Assembly (NCBI RefSeq): GCF_009914755.1
Contig: NC_060947.1
Length of the DNA: 64,000 nucleotides
DNA from: the human T2T-CHM13v2.0 reference genome, Homo sapiens
Direction: 5' to 3' (one strand)
The position numbers were made by a program, and so were the translations under genes. Below are positions 40,881 through 53,017 of the stretch, piece after piece; the first letter of the stretch is position 1; each line of letters opens with the position of its first letter. The notes under the pieces are model-generated. The model was given only the letters and a program-made list of their open reading frames with translations. It searched no databases and had not been told where the DNA came from.

Positions 40881-41866
40881 ATGGGCATAAAATAAGTAAT
40901 GGTAAGTGGATACTTATAACAAAAGTGGTAGGGAGTAGCGTGGGCAAAGCGTGTCACTGAAGTTAAAGACAGAATGAATGATTCTTGTGTGGTGGGTTAA
41001 ATAGACTTTTTTGAGGAAACCGTGATGAATTATGTCATAGTTAGTCAAGTGAAGAATGTTAAATGGAGAAGTATTGCCTGACCTTTAAGCCTCAGGGTAG
41101 AATGATTTAACATATTAAATATGCTCCATGGAGCACTGGCCTTATAGTAAAGGCCTAGTAAGTATTACTTCCTTTTTCTCATCATCTCTGAATTGGTTTC
41201 TGCCAAAATATTTATTTCCCATTCACTTGACATGACCTAGACTTCTGTCTCAATCTCTTCTGGTAGTCACCTTAGCCTTAGATGAGAAGATAATGCTGTA
41301 TCTTTTAATTGCCTGCAAGAGTCTAACTCACTTCTACCAACAGCTGAAAACCAGCATTAAAGAGTCTTAAACTTCACCTTTTAAAGAATTTTTATGTAGA
41401 ACCGTCAAAGAATGCTTTCCTCAAATCACTACAGATTCTTTAAACCCAATATGTCAAAACAGAACTTACGGGCTCTCCCCCGAACCAGGGCCTCCTTAAG
41501 TCCTCATTTTAGTATATGGTCCTACTAAGTACCCTGATGCTAGTGCCAGAAACCTGGGCAGCATTCCTCTTCCTCATTATCCTCCAAAACTATAATCAAG
41601 AATCAAGGCCTGTTGATTCTATTGTTACTGTAATTTAAATAGTCTCATGTGTCTTAACTACTACTATTCCTCACCACTACCCTTGGCTTTGATTTGTTCA
41701 TTTGCCTTCTAACCACTGATTTCCCTACATATGCTTCTATGTACCCTTTTAATTCTTTCTTCCTCGAATTTTAAGTCTGAACCCCTTTTCCGCCAATGTG
41801 GAAATGTATTATTCCATAAATGTGGAGAAGGAGACTGAGTTATACAAATCCTATTCTCTGATAGTT

Positions 41867-42082
41867 CACGGGTTGGCAATTGTAAAGGAATAGATAGCAA
41901 ATATTCAAGGCTTTGTGGGCCATATAGTCTCTGTTGCAATTATTTAACTCTGCCTTTGCGGGACAAAGGTAGCTATGGATTATATGGAAATGAATGAGTG
42001 AGGATGTTTTCCAACCAACTTTATTTACAATAACAGACAAAAGTTGGAATTTGGCTTATGGATGATAGTTTGCCAACCCCTG
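41867..42082. mobile_element. MER58A hAT-Charlie element
   Basis: TIRs cacgggttggcaa / tttgccaacccctg; internal ggctttgtgggccatatagtctctgttgca. Confidence 0.8.
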
Positions 42083-42129
42083 CTTTAGATAAACTGTGTG
42101 TGTTTCCATCAGCCAAGTCCCTTCCACTC

Positions 42130-42480
42130 TCAAGTCCTCCACACTACAGCTTCTTGTTTCTAAAATGCTCTTTCCCTTTTACTTTCCCGATTCTGCTTCA
42201 GTCTTTTAGCCTCAACTAAAATGTCATTGCCTTAGAAAACCTTCTTATATTTCTCTTACGTCTTGACTATATGTTCCCCTTCTATATGTTCTCAAAAAAC
42301 AAAGCTATGAGAGTATGTTACTTGTATTTTAATAATGATCTGTTCAATTATTAGTTTAAAATCTCCCTCCATATGGCCAGGGATTGTTTGCCGTGTTCAC
42401 TGCTGGCTCCAACAGCACCAAACACAGTATCTAATCCAGAGTAGGTGCTCAGTAAGTATTTGTTGAATCAATGAATGATA
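42130..42480 (+). mobile_element. L2 3' end
   Basis: gagtaggtgctcagtaagtatttgttgaatcaatgaatga. Confidence 0.75.
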
Positions 42481-42969
42481 AAATGATTAGACCTAAAACT
42501 TTGTATTTGGAGCCAAAAGGCAGTGATAATACTTCAATGTGATTTTATTGGCCACAGTGTAAAATACTATAGCTAATCAGTCCAGTTGAAAGGGTGTTCA
42601 GGGTAAAGTCTTTGTTCATCCATGAATGTGGAGAAGCAGCTTAAGTTATAGAAATTTTACAGTCAACAGCATTAGTCAAGAGATTTTAATAAACAATTCA
42701 CAATAATGATATGATAAATGAAAGCCAAAGTAACTACCTGAAATAAGAAGTCAGCCATTAAAATGAAAACTTTGACTGAAACAACCCCCACTATTTCAAA
42801 AACAGGGATTTAAAGCCAAGACTGTTAACCCCTCTTCAGTCCTATTTTTTCTCAAGTCCTCAACTTGGGTTCCTTATATCTCAGTGCCCAGGTACCTTGC
42901 CTACTATAGTTATAGGGTCTAGTACCACCTGTGCTTCTCCTAAGGACGATTAAGAACATGAACACGAGA

Positions 42970-44227
42970 GGTGGGTCAGCCATGGTTCAATCGAAGAAAC
43001 AATCACTGATAATGAGGTAGAGTAAAGAATTTATTATAGAGATCTGACCTTATGTAATTGCCATACTTAATTCAACTGTTTATTCTGTTTGGTGCTGAGC
43101 CTGAAGTTATAGAGCAGGGGGTCATGAAGGAAAGATGGATGTCAAGTAGTAGAGTGCAGAACACTGGAAACTTCAAGGAATAAGCTGGATCCTGCATCTG
43201 TCTTAGAAGAACCCACATTTATCTCTCCCTGTGTCCAAGCCTCCTACTTCACTGCTGGGCGACTTGCAGGAGGAGTGGGTGCTCTTGCCACCAATCTTCA
43301 TTTGCTTCTAACTCAGAGTCTGGAGAAGCTAAAAAAAAAAAGTTACAATGAGAGCGGAAGAAGCTGTGGCCCCAGCTGCTGCCCATATCAACAAATAAAC
43401 CAGTGCAGCCACACAAACATGAGTGGGCTACATCAGGTATGAACTGACATAGACTGATATGGTTTGGCTGTGTCCCCACCCAAATCTCATCTTGAATTGT
43501 AGCTCCCATAATTCCCACGTGTCATGGGAGGAACCCGGTGAGAGGTAATTGAATTATGGTCTTTCCCATGCTGTTCTAGTGATAGTGGATAAGTCTCATG
43601 AGATATGATGGCTTTATAAAGGGGAGTTCCCCTACACAAGCTCTCTTGCCTTCCACCATGTAAGATGTGACTTCGCTCCACATTCACCTTCAGCCATGAT
43701 TGTGAGGCCTCCCCAGCCATGTGGAACTGTGAGTCAATTAAATCTCCTTCCTTTATAAATTACCTACTGTTGGAGGGAATGTAAATTAGTCTTTTGTCTT
43801 TATTATAAAAGTCATAAATATTATAAAAACTGAAGCGAGGCAATATCTCACTGTGGTTTTGGTTAAAATAATATTCAGCTATAAAAAAGAATGGCATCCT
43901 GTCATTTGCCACAACATGGATGAACCTGGAGGACATTATGCCTATAATAAGCCAAGCACAAAAAAATAAATACTTCAAGATCTTACTCATATGTGGAATC
44001 TTAAAAAAAATCTATAAAGGAAATTAATACATCTTTATAAGCAGCGTGAGAACAGACTAATACATAGACCTTCGAGAGTAAACATGGATACTGCTTCACT
44101 TCAGTCTTGTATGTCTCACGCATGCCACACTTGCAGCCACAGCTAACTGAAAATATACAGGGAAGGGAATTCTGGAAAATGTAACTCAGCTTAGCCAAGT
44201 CGACCATGCATTACACAGCCACTACAA
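42970..44227 (-). mobile_element. Old ERVL-class LTR (LTR52-like) interrupted by THE1
   Basis: Ends gggaagggaattctggaaaatgtaactcagcttagccaagtcgac...actaca (antisense LTR start); subfamily uncertain. Confidence 0.5.
43455..44064 (+). mobile_element. THE1 solo LTR with a ~265-bp insertion near its 3' end
   Basis: tgatatggtttggctgtgtccccacccaaatctcatc...ttataaattacc [insert] ...agcagcgtgagaacagactaataca; 5-bp TSD TAGAC. Confidence 0.9.
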
Positions 44228-44514
44228 TAGGTTTCGGGCAAATACAATAAAGGGTATGAGACTACATTCTTCTTAAACCTACCTCCACTGCAGAATTTTG
44301 TGGTGGAGACTATAATTTGCAGAGAAAAGATAAGCATGAGTCTAGCATAAAATTGCCACATTAAAGAGATGCTTAGGTAAAATTTCAATAAGCCAATCAC
44401 AAAAAGTGTGTTTTATGGCAAATGGCAGTTTTAGGGTTTAAACCTTTCAAGGCAGTGAAAACTGACAGTGGTTCTTCTGAACAAAACAAGTTCTGATAGC
44501 TCAAAATGTTACAA

Positions 44515-45565
44515 ATACAGATATCTCTTTGGTTATACTGGTTTCATTTTCTTGGGATATATCCCCAGTAGTGGGATTGCTGGTTCATATGGTAGTTCTA
44601 TTTTTATATCTTTGAGGAACCTCCTTACTGGTTTCCATAATAGCTGTACTAATTTACATTCCTTCCAACAGTGTGTGAGGGTTCACTTTTTTCCACATCC
44701 TCAACAACACTTGTTATCTTTTCTCTTTGTTTAAAAAGTCATTCTAACTGGAGTGAGGCAATATCTACTGTGGTTTTGGAAGGGAAAAACACACACTGGG
44801 GTCTGTCGGGGGCAGGGGGTTATGGGGAGGGAGAGCATCAGGACAAATAGCTAATGTATGTCGGGCTTACTACCTAGGTGATGGGTTGATAGGTGCAGCA
44901 AACCACCACAGCACACGGTCACCTATGTAACAAACCTGCATGTTCTGCACATGTATTCCCGAACCTAAAATAAAATAAATTTTTTTAAAAAGAAAATAGA
45001 TTTATTAGTTAACTTATAAAGAGATTAAAGAGCTTGAAACAAGTAAAAAAAATCTCACTGTGGTTTTGATTAAAATACTATTCAACTATAAACAAGAATG
45101 ACATACTGTCATTTGCCACAACGTGGATGAACCTGGAGGACATTATGCCTGTAATAAGCCAAGCACAGAGAGACAAAGACTGCAAGATCTCACTCATATG
45201 TGGAACCTAAAAACATTAATCTCATAGGAGTAGAGAGTAGAATAGTGGTTACAGAGTCTGGGGAGAGAAGTGGTATAGAAACTAGGGAGAAGTTGGTCAA
45301 TAGATACAAAGTTACAGTTAGATAGGAGGAATAAGTTCTGGTGCTCTATTACACAGTAGGGTGACTATAGTTAACATTAATGTATTGTATATTTCACAAT
45401 AGCTAGAAGAGAAGATTTTGAATGTTCTCACCACAAATATTAGAGGTGGTGGATATGCTAATTACCTTTATTTGGTCAATATATAATGTATACATGTATC
45501 GAAACAATACATCGTACCCTATACATATGTATAATTGTGTGTCAATTTAAAATAAAATAAAACTT
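44515..45565 (+). mobile_element. L1MA 3' end with 5' inversion (antisense 44515-44779, sense ~45070-45565)
   Basis: Antisense L1 (gggattgctggttcatatggtagttctattttt) joined to a sense L1MA 3'UTR (gtcatttgccacaacgtggatgaacctggagg...gtcaatttaaaataaaataaa). Confidence 0.8.
44780..45052 (+). mobile_element. Short L1PA (older primate) 3' end with probable 3' transduction
   Basis: acctaggtgatgggttgataggtgcagcaaaccacc...aacaaacctgca; TSD ~atct(c)actgtggttttg on both sides. Confidence 0.8.
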
Positions 45566-48500
45566 TAAGAAATACCATTACACTCATATTCCCTTCTTTG
45601 CTGTTTCCCAAAGTTTATGTGCTACTTGTAAAGTAGTCATGACTCTGAATTTGGATTCTGGTGGCAATTCACAGAACAGTGGAAATATAATGGATCAGCA
45701 TATCAGAGACCTGCGTTATAATACTACCTTTGTGATTCAATTTTGGGCTTCATCTTCATGCACTCTAAATAGTGGTTTGGATGGTCCTTAAGATCTTTTC
45801 CAATTATTCTATTATGATTTTGTGCCTTAGCACTTGGTATTCTTGGGGATACCATAGGAATCTTTCAGAATTCCACAATCCTACTTAGAGAATCTTGAAA
45901 TCAGGAAGTAGATTGAATATTGGGAATATTTGGTTAGAAAAAGACAGCAACATTTCTCAATCTTACACAGCCAGATGGCAGTGTTGCTTCTTGAAAGATA
46001 ATATCAGCGGTTTGTAGGTTTGGGGCTTGACCCTTAGCATTTATTTTATTATTTTACTGAATCCTATCTAGCTGCACCTATTTATCCCCAGTCATGTCAA
46101 TGGAGCAGCAACAAGGCCTGATTCCTTACTTTTTTCAAGTTTCTTTACTCTTTTTTTTTTTTCCTTGAACACATCTCTGATTCTCTGGAGGAATATTTGT
46201 CTAAAAGAAAGACTGTATGAGGAAGAATTAAAACAAAGTTCCTGGCTGTCCTTCCTGTGAAAAGACTCATTATCAGGGAAGCAATGGTAGTGTCTTTGCA
46301 ACAGAGTCCATGGAAACGGATTTAAAATCTATAGCAAAGTAATACAAAAAGCAGTTTAGTCCAATCCCTGTGACTGCAGGGTAATTAGTAAAATCCAGAT
46401 TAATCAGAAACTTGCTAGGCAGCGGGGTGATTTGACTAACAGTCTGGGAAGGTACAAAATAACTGGGTAATGAAGTGGAACCAACTATAATGTGCAAGAT
46501 TGCTCCGGGATTGTACTGAAATCCATTATTTAGACAGGTGCTGTATCTTGTGGGCAAGAGATCTTTAAAGCTGGAAATATTGTATCTTTTCCATCTGATT
46601 CTGCTTTATGCCCTCATGAACCAAAGGTTGAAGGGCAGCATTAGAGAGGGGAAGGTTTTAGGAAAGTCTTTCCAGATCCAGTCTGGTACTTGTCATCAAA
46701 GATGGAGAATATATTACTCTAGGCCTTTGTCACACATCATCTTATCTGATTTTCATGAAATATAAACCCTGTTTGAAGCAAGAAGACCAGTTGTCATTTT
46801 CACTTTTTCATAAGTGATAAACCTGAGGCTCCAAGATGTGAAATACTGGATTTAAATGCAGATACTAACAGCATATAAAGACAATTTTTTTTTCAATAGT
46901 GATGCCTATGGGAGTTTCCAGGTATCTATACCCAGGCTGCAGCTGCAAAATCCTCTCTTCAATTTTGTTCAGGCAGAGTGGAAAAGTCCATGCACACATT
47001 ATCGGGCAAATCATCAGCTTCACGGATGACATGAGGACATTTTTGTCCAGGTAAAGTTCTCAGAGATAAATAAGTGCAAACAACATCCACTGCTTATTAA
47101 AAATAAGAAATTTCACTCTAACAGGAAGAGTTAGCCTTAGGCATGAGGGAAGTAGGTGTCTGCCTATGTAGCAAGATTTAGGAAGCATCCAAATGACTTC
47201 TTCCTCTTCCTTGATACAAATTCAAATAAATCGCTATCCCTTCTATTGCCATTCTTCCAGGTGAGAATGGGTACATAGGACCAGAGGTAGAAGGTGTCAT
47301 TCTTACAGCACAGCATAGACATGCTAGGTCAAGTAGATGGAATGGAACATTTGGCAAAAACAGAGAAGACAAAGAGACAGAAAGCAAATCTCCAGGCTTT
47401 GAGACTTGAAACACGAGCAGAGTCTAATTCAACTTCTCAATAAGGGATCAGCAAAGAGAAAAGCATCAATAACAACAACAATAATAAAATTGATTCTTTA
47501 GAACTTGCAAAGCACTATGCCAGGTAGCATGAAGGAAAAAAATAAGAAAAACATTGTTCTTCCCTCAAGGAATTTACATCTTACCTTGAGCTTACCTTAC
47601 AGTTATTTAATAATTATTTAATCATAATTTTAAAAATTATATTATCTTGGACCGTACTGAAATGATGCATATATTTTCTTATTCTCTAACTGACCCATAT
47701 ATACAATCAGCACATGAAGGTGGGGTGGAACAGGTAAGAGTAATGCATTCCCTGAGAATTTAGATATAGGCATACCTTACTTTATTGTGTTTCACTTGAG
47801 AGATAACACATGTGCATATAAAACCACACCTAACTATCAAAGACAGTTCACTACAGAGGTGAAATGGCTGATCTCAGAGCAGAGATACGCCTGAGCCCAG
47901 TAAATACAAAAAGATGCTTTTTGCCTTTTTTCCTTAATGTTTATTTTGTGATTTGGGAATTTTTTTCTGAGGTTAGACTGCAATATTTTGGAAGAGGGTA
48001 GTAAGAGTTGAAAGATTTTTTTTAACTTAAAATCAAAATCAAAATACTCTCATTTTTCCAGTGTCCTAAACTATGAACTACATAACACAACTAGCAAGAA
48101 TTCATTGAATGTCAGTCATGGGTGAGATGTCTTATATTTGTGTAGCATTTAAGAAATCACAAAAACACACATATGTTTCTGTTTTCTTATAATTTCTCAT
48201 GTATTCTTATAATTTCCCTGTAAGGTAGGTGGGGCAGAACTTACTCTGGCAATTTATGGTTGAGACCCCACACTGTCAAAGACAAAGGCAATTTGACCAC
48301 ACTGATGCTTAATAGATGGTTCTGCCATCAAAGGCCCTTGCCCCTGTGGAAATAGAGACATACGCAAGTCCCACACATTTAGAGAAACAACAACAAAAAA
48401 ATTGGGATGCAGTAAAATTAAAAAGCACTGGTCTATGAACCAGAAGATTTTGGCTTGTGCCCCATTGGCACTGTTCACAATGAGTGAACCTGGAGAAGTT

Positions 48501-48654
48501 ACTTGACTTCTTGGGATCCTATGTTTTCATTTGTAAAACAAGGCAACAGCTTGCTTCAAGAGGTTACAAAGAGGTTCAAATTAAATGTTATATGTGGATA
48601 GGCCTTAGAAACAGGAAAGTTCTACGTAAATGTGTGGCATTAAAAGGCAAAAGA

Positions 48655-48955
48655 GGACAAGATGTGATTACCCACACCTGTAATCCCAGAACTTTGGGAG
48701 GCTGAGGTGGGAGTACCACATGAGCCCAGTATTTCACGACCAACCTGGGCAACATAGTGAGACCCTATCTCTACAAAAAATGAAAAAATTAGCTGGATGT
48801 GCTGACACATGCCTGTAGTACCAGCTACTCATGAGGCTGAAGTGGGAGAATCACTTAAACCCAGAAGGCTGAGGCTGCAGTGAGTCATGATCATGCCACT
48901 GCACTCTGGCCTTGGCAACAGAGTGAGATCCAGTCTCCAAAAATGAGAAAAAACA
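48655..48955 (+). mobile_element. AluJ, flanked by MIR remnants
   Basis: Diverged Alu dimer (gggcaacatagtgagaccctatctctac; gaggctgcagtgagtcatgatcatgccactgcac). Confidence 0.85.
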
Positions 48956-49917
48956 CCAAATAATCCAAAAGGGGAAAAAAGAATTTAAAAGCATGAAAAG
49001 TACTAAATGAAATTGTAATAATAATACATAATAACAATATAAATAAATATGCATTGATTACTATTTCTGAGAGCTGTCATAATATATATAAAATCATATA
49101 TAATATAATCATATATATGATTATATATGTGTAAATATATAAATTTTTTGTTAATTTCCACAAGAACTTTTGAAGTAGGTACTGTGGGTATTATTATCCC
49201 ATTTTACAGACGAGGAAAATTAAGGTTTAAATATGTTTAATCAGTTGTCCAAGTTTACATAGCTAATAAATAGCATAGCCACAGATGAATATTATAAGAT
49301 TTTTTTCATTGTTTTGCGTGATTTCAAGGAGAAAAAAATGGAAGATGGTAAAATACGATACTGTGCTTTTTCTACTGCAGCTCCTATTTCATCATTTAAT
49401 GTGGGATAAGATTGAATATGTTGATTATCATGAAGACATTATTAATCAAAAAATAATATACAAAATCTAATCAAATTATAGCCCTATAAAACAGTTATGT
49501 TTTGAAATAATATTTCTAATAAGAACCATGAGAAGAAGTTGAGAAGATATTTATTACAGACAGATATTTATGACTAAAAAATACATACAGGTAGTTTATT
49601 GAATACGTTGGATTCAGTGGGTTGAAATTATGAAATGAGTTCATTTTTTCCACATCAGGGGATCTCAGAGCCTTTCCTATATAAGCAGATCACAACCATT
49701 CCTAAAAGGCCCAGTTCATGTAAAATGAAGATCCTCCTTCAAATACCTACTGTTTTGATAGCTGTCCCAGTTAACAATTATTTAATAATTATTGAATCAT
49801 AATTAAGTACAAACACCTTGGACCTTACCAAAACTATACATACATTTTCTTATTATCTAACGGATTCAAGGTGGGGTGAGGTAGGTAAGAGTAATGCATT
49901 TCCTGAGAATGTAGACA

Positions 49918-52900
49918 CAGGCATATCTTGTTTTTTTGTGCTTCACTTTATTGCACATCGCTGATACTGTGTTTTTTACAAATTGAAGGTTTGTGTTAAT
50001 CCTGTGTTGAGCAAGGCTATCAGCACCATTTTTCCAACAGCATGTGCTGACTTCAGGTCTCTGTGTCACCTTATGGTAATTTTCTCAATATTTCAAACTT
50101 TATTACTATGATCATATTGGTTATGGTTATCTACAATCAGTGATCTTTGATGCTACTATTAAAATTGTTTTGGAGTGCCACAAGCTGCACCCATATAAGG
50201 CAGCAAACTTAATTGATCAGTGTTGTGTGTGCTCTGGTTGTTTCCCTTGCTCCCATCTCGCTCCCTCTTCTCAGGGTTCCTTATTCCCTGACACACAACA
50301 ATATTGAAATTGGGTGAACTGATAACCCTATAGTGGCCTTTAAGTGTTCAAGTGAAAAGAAGAGTTGTAGGACTTTCAACTTTAAATCAAAAGCTAGAAA
50401 TGATTAAGCTTAGTGAGGAAGGCATGAAAAAGCTCAGATAGGCTGAAAGCTAGGCCTCTTGTGCCAAACAGTTTGCCAAGTTTTGCATGCAAAGGAAAAG
50501 TTCTTAAAGGAAATCAAAAGTGTTACTCCAGGTAATACACAAATGATAAGAATGTGAAACATGCTTATTGCTGATATGGACAAAGTTTGAGAGGTCTGAA
50601 TAGATCAAACCGGCCACAACATTCCCTTAGGTCGAAACCTAATCCAGAGCAACACTCTAACTCTTCAATTCTATGAAGGCTGAGAGAGGTTAGGAAGTTG
50701 CAAAAGGAAGTTTGAAGCTAGCAGAGGCTGATTCATGAGGTTCAAGGAAAGAAGTCATCTCTGTAACATAAAAGTGCAAGGTGAAGCAGCAAGTGCTCTT
50801 ATAGAAGCTGCAGCAAGTTATCCAGAGGATCTAGATATGATCTAAGATGATGAAGGTGGTTACACTAAACAACAGATTTTCTTTGTAGATGAAACAGCCT
50901 TCTTTCAGAGGAAGATACCATCTAGGATTTTCATAGCTACAGAGGAAACTCAATGCCGGGCTTCAAAGAATCAAAAAACAAGCTGACTCTCTTGTTGAGG
51001 CCTAATGCAGCTGGTGACTTTAAGATGAAGCCAGTGTTCATTTATCATTCTGAAAATTCTAGGGCCTTTAAGAATTATGCTAATTCTATTCTACCTGTGC
51101 TCTATAAATGGAAGAATAAAGCCTGGATGACAGCACATCTCATTACAGCATAGTTTACTAAATATTTTAAGCTCACTGTTAAGACCTACTTCTGAGAAAT
51201 AAAGATTCCTTTCAAAATAATACTCCTCGTTAGCAATGCACCTGGTTACCTGTGAGCTCTGATGGAGATGTATAAGGAGATTCATGTTGTTTTCTTTTAT
51301 TATTATTATTATTATTATTATTATACTTGAAGTTCTAGGGTACATGTGCACAATGTGCAGGTTTGTTACATAGGTATACATGTGCCATGCTGGTGTGCTG
51401 CACCCATTAATTCATCATTTACATTAGGTATATCTCCTAATGCTATCCCTCCCCCCTCCCCAACCTCGTGACAGGCCCCAGTGTGTGATGTTCCCCTTCC
51501 TGTGTCCATGTGTTCTCATTGTTCAATTCCCACCTATGAGTGAGAACATGCGGTGTTTGGTTTTCTGTCCTTGCGATAGTTTGCTGAGAATGATGGTTTC
51601 CAGCTTCATCCATGTCCCTACAAAGGACATGAACTCATCATTTTTCATGGCTGCATAGTATTCCATGGTGCATATGTGCCACATTTTCTTAATCCAGTCT
51701 ATCATTGATGGGCATTTGGGTTAGTTCCAAGTCTTTGCTATTGTGAATAGTGCCGCAATAAACATACGTGTGCATGTGTCTTTATAGCAGCATGATTTAT
51801 AATCCTTTGGGTATATACCCAGTAATGGGATGGCTGGGTCAAATGGTATTTCTAGTTCTAGATCCCTGAGGAATGGCCACACTGTCTTCCACAATGGTTG
51901 AACTAGTTTACAGTCCCACCAACAGTGTAAAAAGTGTTGCTATTTTTCCACATCCTCTCCAGCACCTGTTGTTTCCTGACTTTTTAAAGGAGATTCATGT
52001 TGTTTTCATGCCTGCTAATACAACATCCCTTCTGCAGTTTGGGGATCAAGGAGTAATTTTGGCTTTCAAGTCTTATTATTTGAGGAATACATTTTGTAAG
52101 GCTATAGCTGCTATCATTTCTCTGATGGATCTGGGAAGAGTAAATTGAAAATCTTCTGGAAACAATTCACCTTTTTATATGCCATTAAGAACATTCATAA
52201 CTCATGAAGAAAGGTCAAATTATCAACATTAACAGGAGTTGGGAAGAAGTTGATTCCAACTCTCATGGATGAATTTGAGGGGTTCAGGACTTCAATGGAG
52301 TGAGTCACTGCAAATGTGGTGGAAATAGCAAGAGAACTAGAATTAGACGCCTGAAGATATGACTGAATTTCTGCAATCTCATGATCAAATTTAAGCAGAT
52401 GAGGAGTTGCTTCTTATGGATGAGCAAGAAAGTGATTTCTTGAGTTGGAAACTACTCCTGGTGAAGATGCTATGAACATTATTGAAATAACAATGAAGGG
52501 TTTAGAATATTCCATAAATGTGGTTGATAAAGCAGCAGCGGGGTTTGAGAAGATTGACTCCAATTTTGACAGAAGTTTTACTGGGGTAAAATACTATGAA
52601 ACAGCACTGTATGCTTCAGTGAAATATTTGATGAAAGGAAGTGTCAATCAATTCTGTAAACTTTATTGTTGCCTTATTCTAAGAAATTTTAAGCAATCGC
52701 CACAGCCACCCCAACCTTCAGCAATCAGTACCCTGATCAGTCAGAAGTCATCCACATGAAGGCAAGACCCTCCACCAGCAAAAAGATGAAGACTCACTGA
52801 AGGTTCAGATCTTCATTAGCATTTTTAGCAATAAAGCATTTTTTAAGCAAGGTGTGCATGTTGTTTTTGAGACATAATGCACACTTAATAAACAACAGTA

Positions 52901-53017
52901 AGTACAATTTTAAAATCCAGTAGGAAATAAAAAAATCTGTGTGACTCACCTTACTGCAATATTGACTTTATTGCAGTGGTCTGGAACCAAACTTGCAATA
53001 TCTCTTAGGTATGCCTG
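49918..53017 (+). mobile_element. Full-length Tigger1 (TcMar-Tigger) with decayed transposase
   Basis: TIRs CAGGCATATCTTG / TTAGGTATGCCTG. Length ~2.4 kb after removing the L1. Transposase remnants ([36 protein letters not shown]; VVFMPANTTSLLQ..DQGVILAFKSYYLRNTF) broken by stops and frameshifts. Confidence 0.93.
51295..51986 (-). mobile_element. L1PA (L1PA4/5-like) 3' fragment inserted in Tigger1
   Basis: (TTA)n tail, low-divergence antisense L1PA 3'UTR, 21-bp TSD AAGGAGATTCATGTTGTTTTC (51274-51294 / 51987-52007). Confidence 0.93.

Noticed and set aside
51091-51705. ORFs MIDWIKKMWHI... and MYTYVTNLH...
   Set aside because: Translations of the L1 ORF2 C-terminus and 3'UTR.
50953-52759. Transposase-like ORFs as a domesticated TIGD gene
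   Set aside because: Fragments of a Tigger1 with many stops and frameshifts and an L1 insertion.
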